Assembly (NCBI GenBank): GCA_965202665.1
Contig: OZ241841.1
Span: forward strand, 928,001 to 992,000
Reading direction: 5' to 3'
DNA length: 64,000 nt
Origin: Candidatus Spongiisociaceae bacterium
Lineage (GTDB): Bacteria; Actinomycetota; Acidimicrobiia; Spongiisociales; Spongiisociaceae
Under the pieces are notes generated by a model. That model had not been told where the DNA came from. It did no database searches and saw only the letters and a list, made by a program, of their open reading frames with translations. Position numbers and translations under genes: made by a program. The number at the start of each line of letters is the position of its first letter. Position 1 is the first letter of the stretch. This document shows positions 1 to 9,136 of the stretch, piece by piece.

Positions 1-564
1 CATCCGATCCATGGCCGGGCCGCCCGGATGCCCCAAACCCATGAACCGGGCCAACTTGTCGAAAGCCTCCCCGGCCGCGTCGTCGAGGGTCTGGCCCAGC
101 ACCCGGTAGTCCCCCCAGTCGCGGGCGGCCACCACCTGGCTGTGCCCGCCCGAAGCCAGCAGAATCACGGCCGGGGGCCGGAAGTCGGGAAACTCCAAGC
201 GGGGGGCGAACAGGTGGCCCTCCATATGATCCACCCCCAAAAAAGGCAGCCCCCGCGACCAAGCCAGGGCCTTGGCGAAGGAAAAACCCACCAGCAGCGA
301 ACCGGCCAGGCCCGGGCCGCGGGTGGCGGCGATTCCGTCCAATTCGTCGGGATGAACCGCCGCTTGATCCAAGGCGCGGTGGGTGAGGGAACGGATCGCC
401 TCCACATGGGCGCGGGCCGCCACCTCCGGCACCACCCCCCCGAACCGGCTGTGCAACTCCACCTGCGATCCCAGCACGTTGCTGCGCACCCGCGACCCCT
501 CCACCACCGCCGCCGCCGTTTCGTCGCAGGAAGTTTCAAAAGCCAGCACCAACGGTCCGCTCAC
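1..564 (-). CDS. tsaD: tRNA N6-adenosine threonylcarbamoyltransferase TsaD (5' part; runs off window start)
   Basis: Minus-strand translation from GTG 564: VLAFETSCDETAAAVV...HSRFGGVVPEVAARAH...GPGLAGALLVG...DHMEGH...LLASGGHSQ...TLDDAAGEAFDK; GTGA overlap with rimI stop. Confidence 0.95.
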   Translation of the reverse strand, partial: MSGPLVLAFETSCDETAAAVVEGSRVRSNVLGSQVELHSRFGGVVPEVAARAHVEAIRSLTHRALDQAAVHPDELDGIAATRGPGLAGSLLVGFSFAKALAWSRGLPFLGVDHMEGHLFAPRLEFPDFRPPAVILLASGGHSQVVAARDWGDYRVLGQTLDDAAGEAFDKLARFMGLGHPGGPAMDRM

Positions 565-1043
565 GGCAACCCCTCCCGAATTTTGTCCAAACGGCCCGCG
601 TAGCCGGGGCCGGCCAAGTCGTGCACCCACATTATGAGGGCGTCCTCATCCCGGTAATAGCGCTTGCGCACCCCCACCGGGGCCATCCCGAACTTGCGGT
701 AGAAGTCCTGGGCGGTGCGATTGGAAACCCGCACCTCCAACGTCAATTGCTGCGCCCCCCCGTCCAGGGCGGATTCGATCAGCGACAGCATCAAACGGGA
801 ACCAACCGCCGGAACCGGAGAAGGGCGGGCGGAGGCCAAGGTGTTTATGTGGGCGTCGCAGCCGACCAGCATCAGCCCCCCGTAGCCGATCACCCGCCCC
901 TGATGTTCGGCCACTAGATAGCAACGTCCGGGAGCGTCCAACTCGTCGGTGAAAATTCGCTCGTTCCACGGCTGATGGAAAGTGTCCCGTTCCAAGGCCA
1001 TGACCTCCGGGAGGTCGTCCCTCCGCATGGGCCGGATGGTCAC
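561..1043 (-). CDS. rimI: Ribosomal protein S18 alanine N-acetyltransferase RimI
   Basis: IRPMRRDDLPEVMALE...LTLEVRVSNRTAQDFYRKFG...KRYYRDEDALIM; GTG 1043 overlaps tsaB stop. Confidence 0.9.
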   Translation of the reverse strand: MTIRPMRRDDLPEVMALERDTFHQPWNERIFTDELDAPGRCYLVAEHQGRVIGYGGLMLVGCDAHINTLASARPSPVPAVGSRLMLSLIESALDGGAQQLTLEVRVSNRTAQDFYRKFGMAPVGVRKRYYRDEDALIMWVHDLAGPGYAGRLDKIREGLP

Positions 1044-1786
1044 GTCCGTTCTCCGGCGTCCGGGACGGCGGCGGGAGGATGACCGGGCCAGAAACCCCCC
1101 TGCGTCAGATGGGCGGAACCCAAAGTCACATCCGGTTTCCGCATGTAGAAGGGACGAACCTGGTCGGGATGGGGGAACTCTCCCCGCTCCGCCCGGGGGG
1201 CGGCCAGCGCGGCCACGGCCGCCGCGTGCGGGAAGCGGGGGCGGCCGGTTTTGACGCGGTGCAGTCCGCTGAAAATCCCCTCCGGCAGGGCCGGCCAGTC
1301 CCCCACCACCAACGACTCCTGCGGATAGGAATCGAGGATGCCCCGAAAGTGGTCGTAACCCACCGTCTCCGGCGCGGAATCCATCACCGCCCCGCCCGGC
1401 GCCGGCTGATAACCGGCCACCGCCGCCTCCCCCCGTCGCATGTCCACCACCGCCCAGATACGACGGCGGCCGGTGGCGGCCCGCAACGCCAGGGCGTCCA
1501 GCGAACACCCTCCGAGGAGGGGAATCCCCAATCCGGCGGCCAAGCCCTGGGCGGTGGCCAAACCCACCCGGAGGCCGGTGAAAAGACCGGGGCCGGTATC
1601 CACCGCCACCGCCTCCAGATCGGAGGGGGACATGCCGGCCTGCTGAAAGCAGAAGTCGATGGCCGGGACCAAAAAACCGTCATGCCCGCGGCTGTCCAAA
1701 CGGCGGGCGGAGGCAAGGGCCTCCCCGTCCTTTACCAAAGCCACCGAGGAGGCGGCGGTGGCGGTCTCAATGGCCAGAATCAGCAA
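1040..1786 (-). CDS. tsaB: t6A biosynthesis protein TsaB
   Basis: LLILAIETATAASSVAL...AVDTGPGLFTGLRVGLATAQGLA; located between tsaE and rimI; start inferred (TTG). Confidence 0.9.
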   Translation of the reverse strand: MLILAIETATAASSVALVKDGEALASARRLDSRGHDGFLVPAIDFCFQQAGMSPSDLEAVAVDTGPGLFTGLRVGLATAQGLAAGLGIPLLGGCSLDALALRAATGRRRIWAVVDMRRGEAAVAGYQPAPGGAVMDSAPETVGYDHFRGILDSYPQESLVVGDWPALPEGIFSGLHRVKTGRPRFPHAAAVAALAAPRAERGEFPHPDQVRPFYMRKPDVTLGSAHLTQGGFWPGHPPAAVPDAGERT

Positions 1787-2235
1787 CGGACCAGCTCCAA
1801 GTCGCGCCCCCGCCAATCTCCGTGCGGAGCGAGGCGGATAGAGCGGGGCTCCTCCCCCGCCCCCGACAACTCCGCCTCCAAAAAGTCGTCGGTCAGCCGG
1901 GAAGCCACCATGTCCCCCCATTCGATCACCAGCAACCCCTCCCGGGCTCCGCTCAGCAACTCCAGTTCCTCCACTTCGGCGAAAGTGGCCGCGCGGTAGA
2001 CATCGGCGTGCACCAGCGGCATAAACCCGTCCCGGTAGATTCTGACCAGGATGAACGAGGGGGACTGCACCGGCTCCTCCACCCCCAAGCCCTCCGCCAA
2101 CCCGGAAACGAACACGGTTTTGCCCGCCCCCAGCGGCCCCTGCAGCAGGATCACATCCCCGGGGCGGGCCAAGGCGGCCAAAGCGCGGCCCACCGCCCGG
2201 GTGTCGGAAGGGCGGGGGGCGGTTATTTCCATCAT
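1780..2235 (-). CDS. tsaE: t6A ATPase TsaE
   Basis: GPLGAGKT Walker A, VQSPSF, HADVYR, VIEW motifs. Confidence 0.95.
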   Translation of the reverse strand: MMEITAPRPSDTRAVGRALAALARPGDVILLQGPLGAGKTVFVSGLAEGLGVEEPVQSPSFILVRIYRDGFMPLVHADVYRAATFAEVEELELLSGAREGLLVIEWGDMVASRLTDDFLEAELSGAGEEPRSIRLAPHGDWRGRDLELVRC

Positions 2236-2906
2236 CCGAACAATCCCATCTGTTCGGAGGGGGCCTCAATCCCCGGCGCTTCCGCCTCCGGGGAGGGAGC
2301 GGTTTGCTCGGCGGCCCCGGCCCGAATTTGTTCCATGGTGCGCACCGCCAACCGCAAATCCTCGGCCATTACCGCCTCCATTTCCGGCCCGGCCCGCAAC
2401 GCGGCCGCCGGATGGAAAGTTGGTATCACCACCGTCCCCCACCACGGAACGACCCGCCCCCGCATGCGGGTGATGCCGGTGTTAGTTTTCAACAACAGTT
2501 TTGTGGCGAAGTTGCCCAAGGTCATCACCGCCAACGGGTCCACCAGCCGGATCTGGTCGGACAGGAAATGCTTGCAGGCCTCGATTTCGTCCGGGCGGGG
2601 GTCCCGGTTGTTGGGCGGGCGGCATTTGACCACGTTGGCTATGTAGACATCGGCCCTGCTCATGCCCGCTTCGTCCAGCAAGCGGTCCAACAACATCCCC
2701 GCCTTGCCCACGAACGGAATTCCCTGCCGGTCCTCGTAGTAACCGGGCCCTTCTCCGATGAACATCAACTCCGCCTGCGGCAAGCCGTCGGCAAACACCG
2801 CCTGGGTGCGCCCCTCCGCTAAGCGGCAGGCGGTGCATTCCCGGGCCTCGGCGGCCAACTTTTCCAGGCGGGCGGCCGCCTCCGACAGGGAAATTTCCCG
2901 GTTCAC
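2232..2906 (-). CDS. Uracil-DNA glycosylase family 4 (4Fe-4S)
   Basis: CTAC, IGEGPG, PFVGKAG, NVVKCRPPNNRDP, PTFHPAAALR. Confidence 0.92.
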   Translation of the reverse strand: MNREISLSEAAARLEKLAAEARECTACRLAEGRTQAVFADGLPQAELMFIGEGPGYYEDRQGIPFVGKAGMLLDRLLDEAGMSRADVYIANVVKCRPPNNRDPRPDEIEACKHFLSDQIRLVDPLAVMTLGNFATKLLLKTNTGITRMRGRVVPWWGTVVIPTFHPAAALRAGPEMEAVMAEDLRLAVRTMEQIRAGAAEQTAPSPEAEAPGIEAPSEQMGLFG

Positions 2907-3817
2907 TTTTCGCTCCGGCGACGGGCCGGTTGGGGCGGGCGGACGGCGCGTGCGATGGCCCGGCCGGCGGCGATGAACGCCCCTTCCCCCAGGACGAGCA
3001 GGCCGCCGGTCCGCTCCCCGCAGGAAACGGCGAAGACGATATCGCCGTCCAGCCGGGTGTGGGCGGGGCGGATGCAAGCCGCTACCGCGTCGGCCGCCCG
3101 CACCGCCAGATACAGCAAATCCTCCCGGCCCAGACGGGCGTCGACGGCGACGGCCAGCAAGGTGGTGTTGGCGCGGTCAACGAGGGCGGCGGGAGGGGGG
3201 CCGGGACGCGGAGGTCCGCCGGTCAGCGGCTCTCCTTCCAGGGTGAAAACGTCCCCCGCCGGGTTGACCACCGCCAACGCCCCCACCCGGCATCCGCCGG
3301 CCGTCTCCGCCGCCGAACCCAAACCGGCGGGGCGCGCCGCCTGCGGCCCCCTCCATTGGGAGGAGGTCGCCCCCCGGCCCGCCCCCACCCTCCCCTGCTC
3401 CACCGGAGCCGCGGTGCGGGCCCGGTAAGCCCGCGCCCCCTCTTCGGGGCCGGGGCGGGCGGCGGCTTCCCCGGGCGGGTTTTCAGCCAGGTCGTAAATG
3501 ACCGCGGCGGGAACGATGGGCACCGGCCCGGCCGGGGCGGGGTGGCCCCGTCCGGCGGCGGCCAACTCCCGCATCACCCCGTCGGCGGCGGCCAGCCCGA
3601 AGGCCGACCCGCCGCTGAAGGCCAAGCCCTGGATTTGGGTAACCCTCATTCCGGGGGCGAGCAGGGCCGTCTCCCGGGATCCGGGGGCGCCGCCCCGCAC
3701 TTCGGCGGTCGCCGTGTTCGGTTCGGGGAAGGTGATCACGGTAACGCCGGTGTCGCAGTCGGGGGAGGTCCAATGCCCCACTTCCACTCCGGGGACGGCG
3801 GTGAGGGTGTCGTTCAT
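2903..3817 (-). CDS. P1/S58 family (DmpA-like) peptidase
   Basis: TAVPGVEVGHWT, VRGGAPGSRET, SGGSAFGLAAADGV, NTTL, HTRLDGDIVF. Confidence 0.88.
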   Translation of the reverse strand: MNDTLTAVPGVEVGHWTSPDCDTGVTVITFPEPNTATAEVRGGAPGSRETALLAPGMRVTQIQGLAFSGGSAFGLAAADGVMRELAAAGRGHPAPAGPVPIVPAAVIYDLAENPPGEAAARPGPEEGARAYRARTAAPVEQGRVGAGRGATSSQWRGPQAARPAGLGSAAETAGGCRVGALAVVNPAGDVFTLEGEPLTGGPPRPGPPPAALVDRANTTLLAVAVDARLGREDLLYLAVRAADAVAACIRPAHTRLDGDIVFAVSCGERTGGLLVLGEGAFIAAGRAIARAVRPPQPARRRSEK

Positions 3818-3826
3818 AGGGGAATA

Positions 3827-4963
3827 TTAGGTTTCGGGGCGGGCGCGGGAAATTACATAGCTCTCGTCGTAAAACCACACGCCCCCGTGTCGTTTGATGA
3901 CCGACCGCACCGCCTCCAGATAGGCCCCCGACGCAACCGCCTCCGCCACCCGCTCTTCGTCGATCTGCGCCACGTAGACGGCCGCGTTCCACGCGGCCAA
4001 AAGGGACGAGGTTCCGAAATTTTGGTTCGACTCGGCGGGCATCACCTTCAAGTCGTACCGGAACACGGACTCTTCGTCGGTCAGCGGATGGGTGCGCAGG
4101 TTGCTTTGCGGGCGCAACAGGCGATCGGCTTCGGCCAGCAGGGCTCGGCGGCCGGTGCGGAACGGATCCTCCTCCGGCCACAGCTGGCGGATGATTTCCA
4201 TGCCGGGATCGCGGCCGTAGCCGTGAATGCCCAGCAAACGTCCGCCGGGGGCGAGGGACTCCGCCAACGGTTGAATGACCGTGCGTACTTTGTGCTCATC
4301 GGAGGTGCGGGCCCGATAGGGCTGGGAGGCGATCACCAGGTCGTAGGCGGCCTGATAGGAGTCGGGCCGGGGCAGGGTGCGGCGCAGGATGAACTCCCGA
4401 TCTTGGCGGTAAATGACATGCACGGCCGGGGTGACGTAGATCGGATTGCCGGTGCGGGGGCTGACCTCCACCCGCCAGTCTTCGGTCACCTGTTCGATGA
4501 TGTCCCGGATCTGGCGGGTGAATTCCAGGGTGGTGGATCCCCGCAGGGCGGTGCTCCGCCAGGACACCTCCGGTTTGCCGGGGGAGGGGCGCAGGCCGGG
4601 GGCTTCCAGGTAGGTCATATTGGTGACCACGAACACCATCTCCGGGTGCTCGTGGAGGCGGTCCGGCAACCGGTCCAGGGCCTGGCGGACGTCCTCCAGG
4701 CTGATCTCCTTGCCCACTATCAGCCAGGGCACGTGGGTGAACCGTTCGTGCAACATCCGCATAACGTTGGTGAGCACGGTGGCGTCCCCCATTCCGGCGT
4801 CGAACACCCGCAGGGCGTCCGGGCCGGGGGTTACGCGCTCCGCCTCCCGGGCCACCCGCGCCGCCACCATCTCCTTTTCGGTGGTGACGGTAACGAACAT
4901 CATGTAGGCGGCCCGGCTGTCGAAAAACCGGGGACGCGGCCGCTCGGCCGGCGGTACGGACAT
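3827..4963 (-). CDS. Conserved hypothetical protein, SAM-dependent methyltransferase-like fold
   Basis: 378-aa ORF with genome-typical codon usage; VFDAGMGDAT (motif I-like), YDLVIASQPY, LAPGGRLL. Confidence 0.6.
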   Translation of the reverse strand: MSVPPAERPRPRFFDSRAAYMMFVTVTTEKEMVAARVAREAERVTPGPDALRVFDAGMGDATVLTNVMRMLHERFTHVPWLIVGKEISLEDVRQALDRLPDRLHEHPEMVFVVTNMTYLEAPGLRPSPGKPEVSWRSTALRGSTTLEFTRQIRDIIEQVTEDWRVEVSPRTGNPIYVTPAVHVIYRQDREFILRRTLPRPDSYQAAYDLVIASQPYRARTSDEHKVRTVIQPLAESLAPGGRLLGIHGYGRDPGMEIIRQLWPEEDPFRTGRRALLAEADRLLRPQSNLRTHPLTDEESVFRYDLKVMPAESNQNFGTSSLLAAWNAAVYVAQIDEERVAEAVASGAYLEAVRSVIKRHGGVWFYDESYVISRARPET

Positions 4964-5090
4964 TGAACCTGTTCTCCTGCCTGCTCCTGTCAGCGGCTTA
5001 GCGGGGCGGCGGACCCTTCATATTGTTATCCGGTATCCTGTTCTTGTCTAACCATAGAGCATATTCGGCCCCGGCTGAGGAGCGCGCCCC

Positions 5091-5303
5091 ATGATCAAAA
5101 GCCTGACGGTCAGAAACTTTAAGCGGTTCACCGAGCAGGTTTTTCATCTGCACGATTCGGTGGTGCTGGCCGGGCCCAACAACTCCGGCAAAACCACCCT
5201 TTTGCAGGCCGTCGCCGCCTGGCGCATGGGTTTGGACCAGTGGGCGTCGCAACGGGGCGGGCGGAGAAACCGACGTTTCTATTCTCCACGAGTGAACGCA
5301 TAA
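5091..5303 (+). pseudogene. Truncated ABC/AAA ATPase (AAA_15/OLD-like) N-terminus
   Basis: MIKSLTVRNFKRF...VLAGPNNSGKTTLLQA Walker A, stops after 70 aa as sequence turns AT-rich. Confidence 0.8.
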
Positions 5304-5376
5304 TTCTTAACTTGTTATTGTACGCGTCGGCTAGTTGCCTAAACGTGCGTCCCCTGATTTTCGTAAACTTCGCCAT
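5128..5376 (-). CDS. Small hypothetical protein in AT-rich insert (possibly truncated/chimeric)
   Basis: GAGGGAGGGA RBS-like sequence before ATG 5376; 3' part overlaps the ATPase remnant. Confidence 0.3.
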   Translation of the reverse strand: MAKFTKIRGRTFRQLADAYNNKLRIMRSLVENRNVGFSARPVATPTGPNPCARRRRPAKGWFCRSCWARPAPPNRADEKPAR

Positions 5377-5443
5377 TCCCTCCCTCTGTGGCGGTGCAGT
5401 TATGTTACTACCCCCACCTTGCCAAACCTGCCGCCCGGTGAGG

Positions 5444-5803
5444 TTACTGACGGCCTTCAGGAATGATTACCAGCACCCCGGTGGGGAACTTTTCCCGTAA
5501 ACCGGCGGGGGGCGGGGCATCGTGGTCGCGCAAGAATTGCACCCAGTCGCTCTGGTTTACTGGATTAAACTCCCGATATGACTCTTTGAACCAATACGGC
5601 CAATAACCGATGCCCTCAAAGTAGAGATGCCAGTAAAGTTTGCCTACGACCAACTCTTCCTCACCCGGCCCACCTGGGGTGAAAAAAGGTTGATGGCCAT
5701 TGGCGAGCAAGATCCTTTCCTCGTACTCAGTCAAGCGGGGGTCGTACCTGCGTTCCATTGGCCCCGGAGTGTCCGGCTGGTCGGCTGGGGTGGTGTTTGC
5801 CAT
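5444..5803 (-). CDS. Hypothetical protein (aromatic-rich) in foreign insert
   Basis: MANTTPADQP... 119 aa, GAAGGA RBS, protein-like composition (LYWHLYFEGIGYWPYWF). Confidence 0.55.
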   Translation of the reverse strand: MANTTPADQPDTPGPMERRYDPRLTEYEERILLANGHQPFFTPGGPGEEELVVGKLYWHLYFEGIGYWPYWFKESYREFNPVNQSDWVQFLRDHDAPPPAGLREKFPTGVLVIIPEGRQ

Positions 5804-6199
5804 TTTGTAGTCCTTCTTCGTTTGCCGTGACAGCCACTTTACATGGCTGGTTGGCGGTCCCGGACAAGCGGTCTGGAGATGCGCCCGCGGCGACGCAACC
5901 AACTATGTTGCATATTATAACATACATAATTATAACCTCCCCGACGGGTGGATTACCACCGGGCATACAGACTAACTATGTGCCACAACGGGTTCATGGG
6001 AGGTTGATGATGAACATTGAAGGAACGGATGGTGTCTTTCACCACCAAAACTGAAGCTACCGTCTCAGTTTCCTGTTCCTGGTTCTCGTCCACCCACTTT
6101 GGAAATCCCGTCCATCAAAACACGGAGGACGGGTCCAAGCAGCGTTTCTTGGCGTTCCCGTACTGGGACGAATGGGGAGGGGAGACGTTAGCGACGGCT

Positions 6200-6361
6200 A
6201 TACTCAACGACATCCCCAGCAGTAGCAGGCGGCTAACCGATGCGGGCCAGCCCACCCTCAAAAGAGATTTGCATCTGTTGGAAGCAATGATGGAACCCGA
6301 TGAGAGCCATCCGGAGGTGGTGGGCATGCTGGACAAAATAAGCGAACTGGCCCGGGGCTGA
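6200..6361 (+). pseudogene. Probable C-terminal remnant of the AAA ATPase begun at 5091
   Basis: ...LEAMMEPDESHPEVVGMLDKISELARG* resembles recalled C-termini (M.PEEIHPEV...LD.I) of this ATPase family; GC rises again here; 5' boundary approximate. Confidence 0.4.
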
Positions 6362-6378
6362 GGGCCCTCGAACAAGAT

Positions 6379-7296
6379 TCAGGGGGCGGGGGGCGGGCGG
6401 CGGTCGGCCCATTGCACTAGGGCGATTACCGCTCCGGCGGAAACCAGGGCCAGGACAACGGGGACGGCCCAGTCGGAGCCGGGTGCGCCCAGGACGGTGG
6501 CTCCGACGCCGTTTTCGTCCCCCAAGCCGTACGGCCAAGGCCACAGGATGCGGAACGAACCGGCCATCAGGCCGATCATCACCGCCAGCAAGCGGTCGTG
6601 GAAACGGGCCAGCAACCAGTTCAAAAACCGGGAAAAAGCGCCCAGGCCGAGAACCAAACCCAAGGCGAACACCGCCAAGGCCGGAACGTCGAGGCCGGTC
6701 AGAGCCCGGATTACCGGCTGATACATTCCGATGGACAGCAACAGGAAGGAGCCGCTCACTCCCGGCAGGATGAAAGCGCACACCCCCAGTGCCCCGGCCA
6801 GGAAAAAATTCCACCAAGCCGGGGAGGAAACCGCCGCCGATTGGAAACCGAACCCCCAGAAGGCTACCGCCCCCGTCGCCGCCGCCAGCGACAGATGGGC
6901 GACCGTCGGGCGGCGGAACAACCCGACGGCGGCCGCCAGGGCCCCGGCCATCAAACCGAAAAACACGGCCGCGGTGCGCACCGGTTGCTCCGCTAGCAAC
7001 CATTCGATCACCCCCGCCAAAGCCGCCACCGACATCACCGCCCCGGCGCCCAAAGACGAAATGAACCGCCATTCCACTTTGCGCAACATCCCGCCCGCCC
7101 CCCGGAGGTCCCCCCGCAACAGGCGCACCGCCGCCCCCGCCCCCGTATCGAGGGCGGCCACCAAGCGCGGGTAAATACGGGTAACCAGGGCCACCGTGCC
7201 CCCGCTGACCCCCGGCACCAAATCGGCCATTCCCATCAGCAAACCCCGCCACCACCATCCGGCCAGGGCCGGCCAAGCGGGGCGGGGGCGGCTCAT
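6379..7296 (-). CDS. DUF368 family membrane protein (undecaprenyl-phosphate translocase-like)
   Basis: Duplicated motifs MGMADLVPGVSGGTVA and AFILPGVSGSFLLL; FFGLMAG, GLMAGS..LWPW. Confidence 0.9.
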   Translation of the reverse strand: MSRPRPAWPALAGWWWRGLLMGMADLVPGVSGGTVALVTRIYPRLVAALDTGAGAAVRLLRGDLRGAGGMLRKVEWRFISSLGAGAVMSVAALAGVIEWLLAEQPVRTAAVFFGLMAGALAAAVGLFRRPTVAHLSLAAATGAVAFWGFGFQSAAVSSPAWWNFFLAGALGVCAFILPGVSGSFLLLSIGMYQPVIRALTGLDVPALAVFALGLVLGLGAFSRFLNWLLARFHDRLLAVMIGLMAGSFRILWPWPYGLGDENGVGATVLGAPGSDWAVPVVLALVSAGAVIALVQWADRRPPPAP

Positions 7297-8357
7297 ACCG
7301 AAAACCGGATGGTCAGGGCGTCGCCGTCGGCCACTGGATAGGTTTTTCCCTCCAACCGGATTATCCCGGCCGCTTTGGCCGCATCCCAACCGCCCGCCGC
7401 TATCACCTCATCCAACGGGCACGCCTCGGCCCGGATGAAACCGCGGGCCAAATCGGAATGGATTTTGGCGGCCGCGTCCAAAGCGGTGGACCCGGCGGGC
7501 AACGTCCAAGCCCGGGACTCTTTGGGTCCCAAAGTGTAAAAAGTGAGCAAGTTCAACGCCCGGTACACGGCGGACATTACCGCCTCCGGAGCCCCCGCCC
7601 CCAACCCCAGTCCCTCGTACAATTCCCGCCGTTCCTCCGGTTCCAGGCGGGAAACCTCCTCCTCCAAGCGGGCGGACAGGGCCAAAACCGCATCCCCCTC
7701 CGGAACCGCCGCCGCCACCCCGTCCCGGAGGCCGTCCAAGTCGGAGGGAGACATGTCTTCTTCCGCGTTCACCACCCACACGCAGGGCGCCAGGGTGACC
7801 GGGGACATGTCCCGGAAAACCTTCAACTGGGTTTCGCTCCACGGACGGCTTCGCAACAGCGCCCCTTCCGACAGCAGGGCGGCCGCTTCTTCCACCGCCC
7901 CGGCGGCCGGGCGCAACTCCGGATTGGCGGTGGCTTCTTTAGCCAGGCGGGAAACGCGTCGTTGGAAAACCCGGTGGTCGGCCAAGCACAGTTCCAACAG
8001 CAACTCTTCCGCCTGGACGGCCGGGTCGGGCGGAGCGCCCGAATCCCATAGGGGCGAATGGGCTTGCACCACCGCCGCCAACGCCTCCGCCTCCCGCAAC
8101 CGGGACATCGCCTCCCCGCCTCCGTCCCCGCCCAGGGCGGGCAGGTCGGCCAACTCCAGGGACGGATGGGTGACTTTGGGCGACTTCTCCAAGACAGCGG
8201 CCTGCTCCAGGAGGGGATCCGCCACCCGCCCCACCCCCACATTGGGGGAGGCGGTGGTAAAAGGATGGGGGGCGACGGCCGCCGTCAAACCGGTGAGGGC
8301 GTTGAAAAGGGTGGTCTTCCCCGCATTGGGAAAGCCGAACAGACCGACGCGAGCCAT
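7293..8357 (-). CDS. ychF: YchF/Ola1 family ATPase (divergent)
   Basis: GFPNAGKTTLFNALT, C-terminal TFYTLGPKESRAWT...AAKIHSDLARGFIRAE...LEGKTYPVADGD..RFSV. Confidence 0.88.
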   Translation of the reverse strand: MARVGLFGFPNAGKTTLFNALTGLTAAVAPHPFTTASPNVGVGRVADPLLEQAAVLEKSPKVTHPSLELADLPALGGDGGGEAMSRLREAEALAAVVQAHSPLWDSGAPPDPAVQAEELLLELCLADHRVFQRRVSRLAKEATANPELRPAAGAVEEAAALLSEGALLRSRPWSETQLKVFRDMSPVTLAPCVWVVNAEEDMSPSDLDGLRDGVAAAVPEGDAVLALSARLEEEVSRLEPEERRELYEGLGLGAGAPEAVMSAVYRALNLLTFYTLGPKESRAWTLPAGSTALDAAAKIHSDLARGFIRAEACPLDEVIAAGGWDAAKAAGIIRLEGKTYPVADGDALTIRFSV

Positions 8358-8409
8358 CAAACAGGCAGGGTAGCGGAAACGATGGGGCGAACCGCGCTAC
8401 AATCAGGGC

Positions 8410-8832
8410 ATGCCCGCCCAAGTCGTTTTCACCATGCTCACCCCGCAGGACATTGAAGAGGCGCTGGCCGCCCCGCTAGCGGCCCTCGATGTGGAGCGGG
8501 CCATACTATGGGGCTCCTACGCCAACGGCCAACCCCACCCCGGCAGCGACCTGGATCTAATCCTGATCAAAGAAACGGACCTGGACGCCCACCAGCGAAA
8601 GAGGGGCATTTCCCAACCCCTGTGGAGAGCCCTCTATGAAACAAGCCAGAAGTAGAAGTATCAGAACCTGGGCATGCGACCCCATCCGCCCAGCCTCCAT
8701 CTGAGCGTGTACACCCCCTCCGAATGGGAGCAACAGTCCCTACGCAACACGCTGGTTTACCAAAAGGCCACTGAAGAGGGAGTGGTAATTTATGACAACG
8801 CCCGACAATCAACCCTTATAATGCGGGTATGA
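8410..8832 (+). pseudogene. Minimal nucleotidyltransferase (MNT) interrupted by in-frame TAG at 8653-8655
   Basis: ILWGSYANG...SDLDLILI; reading through TAG in frame gives ...LSVYTPSEWEQ...VYQKATEEGVVIYD...* (TGA 8830-8832), a typical MNT C-terminus. Confidence 0.8.
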
Positions 8833-9119
8833 CTTCACAACTTCGCATCTACGACATCAAACCGGGGTTGCTAGACGAGTTCGTCGCCAAAGTAGCCGCC
8901 CAGATTATCCCGTTGCGCAAACAGCACGGGTTCGAGGTGAGCGGTCCGTGGCGCAACGATGCCGACAACCAGTTCATATGGGTGGTCCACTACGACGGCA
9001 AAGACGGGTTCGAGGCGGCCGCGCGACGCTACTACAACGACCCGGCCCGGGCGGAGTTGCCCTTCAAACCCAGCGACTACATAACCAACGCCGACCTGCG
9101 GATGCTAACCGACGCCTGA
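8829..9119 (+). CDS. NIPSNAP family protein
   Basis: QLRIYDIKPGLLDEF...IIPLRKQHGFEVSGPW...FIWVVHY; TATAAT 6 nt upstream of ATG. Confidence 0.8.
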   Translation: MTSQLRIYDIKPGLLDEFVAKVAAQIIPLRKQHGFEVSGPWRNDADNQFIWVVHYDGKDGFEAAARRYYNDPARAELPFKPSDYITNADLRMLTDA

Positions 9120-9136
9120 GCCGCCCTCGGCGATCG

